Positions 63,608 through 64,000 of a DNA stretch of 64,000 nucleotides are shown here, one piece after another (position 1 is the stretch's first letter; each line of letters starts with the position of its first letter). This stretch comes from Lingula anatina (lineage: Eukaryota > Animalia > Brachiopoda): contig CM120643.1 of assembly GCA_051362555.1 (NCBI GenBank), forward strand, positions 14,420,644 to 14,484,643. Reading direction: 5' to 3'. The notes below the pieces were generated by a model. That model was not told the DNA's origin, made no database searches, and saw nothing but the letters and a program-made list of their open reading frames with translations. The translations under genes and the position numbers were made by a program.

Positions 63608-63671
63608 GTAAGGATGAATTTCTTAGTAATTTCATTTTCCATGTAACTGTGTTTCTGGAAAAGGGAATATA

Positions 63672-63745
63672 CAGGGTGGTTCATAAAAAAAACTATTTTA
63701 CTTTCCACCTAAATTTGAAATAGGCCATTTTTATGAACCACACTG
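63672..63745. mobile_element. Tiny mariner/Tc1-type MITE in a LARS2 intron
   Basis: TA|CAGGGTGGTTCATAAAAA ... TTTTTATGAACCACACTG, an 18-bp TIR with 1 mismatch. Confidence 0.7.
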
Positions 63746-64000
63746 TTTATACTAGATTTTCTTTGCCCCAGATCTTACTATTTTTTTTAGATGGGCAAGA
63801 AAAAACAGCTTTTTTTTAAAACTAAAATGTTTTATGAAAACCTCATTTTTCTCCATTTTCATTCTCCTTTTCTCATTCTCATCACTTTTAGTCAGTCAGA
63901 AGAAAATAAGTAATTATGTTTCCCTCCCCTATTCCCTATTTTCATTTTCTTTTTGTAGAATTCTCATCATTTGAGTCATTTTGGCTTCCAGACAGAAGGA

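Overview
AT-rich, intron-containing animal genomic DNA. It looks like a marine invertebrate or mollusc, but the species cannot be determined from the sequence. Five protein-coding genes were reconstructed by hand from splice sites and frame continuity. (1) A membrane adenylate cyclase, AC2/Ac76E-like, on the minus strand, with 16 coding exons from 14832 running off the left edge. (2) A 3-exon secreted C1q-domain gene nested antisense in its largest intron, carrying an angiopoietin/myocilin-type N-terminal cysteine motif. (3) A 4-exon, ~427-aa flavoprotein monooxygenase resembling a stand-alone, membrane-anchored MICAL-type domain (41579-54681, +). (4) RPL13 (-), head-to-head with (5) mitochondrial leucyl-tRNA synthetase LARS2 (+, 5' part only). 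Genes 4 and 5 share a very compact promoter with TCT/TOP, ZNF143/Staf and ETS motifs. Repeats include a palindromic tail-to-tail Tc1 (DD34E) derivative and a deleted copy of it, three Harbinger-like MITEs, a mariner-type MITE, foldback hairpins and microsatellites. No tRNA, rRNA or CRISPR array was seen. The region ~17.2-40.9 kb has no supportable coding exon.
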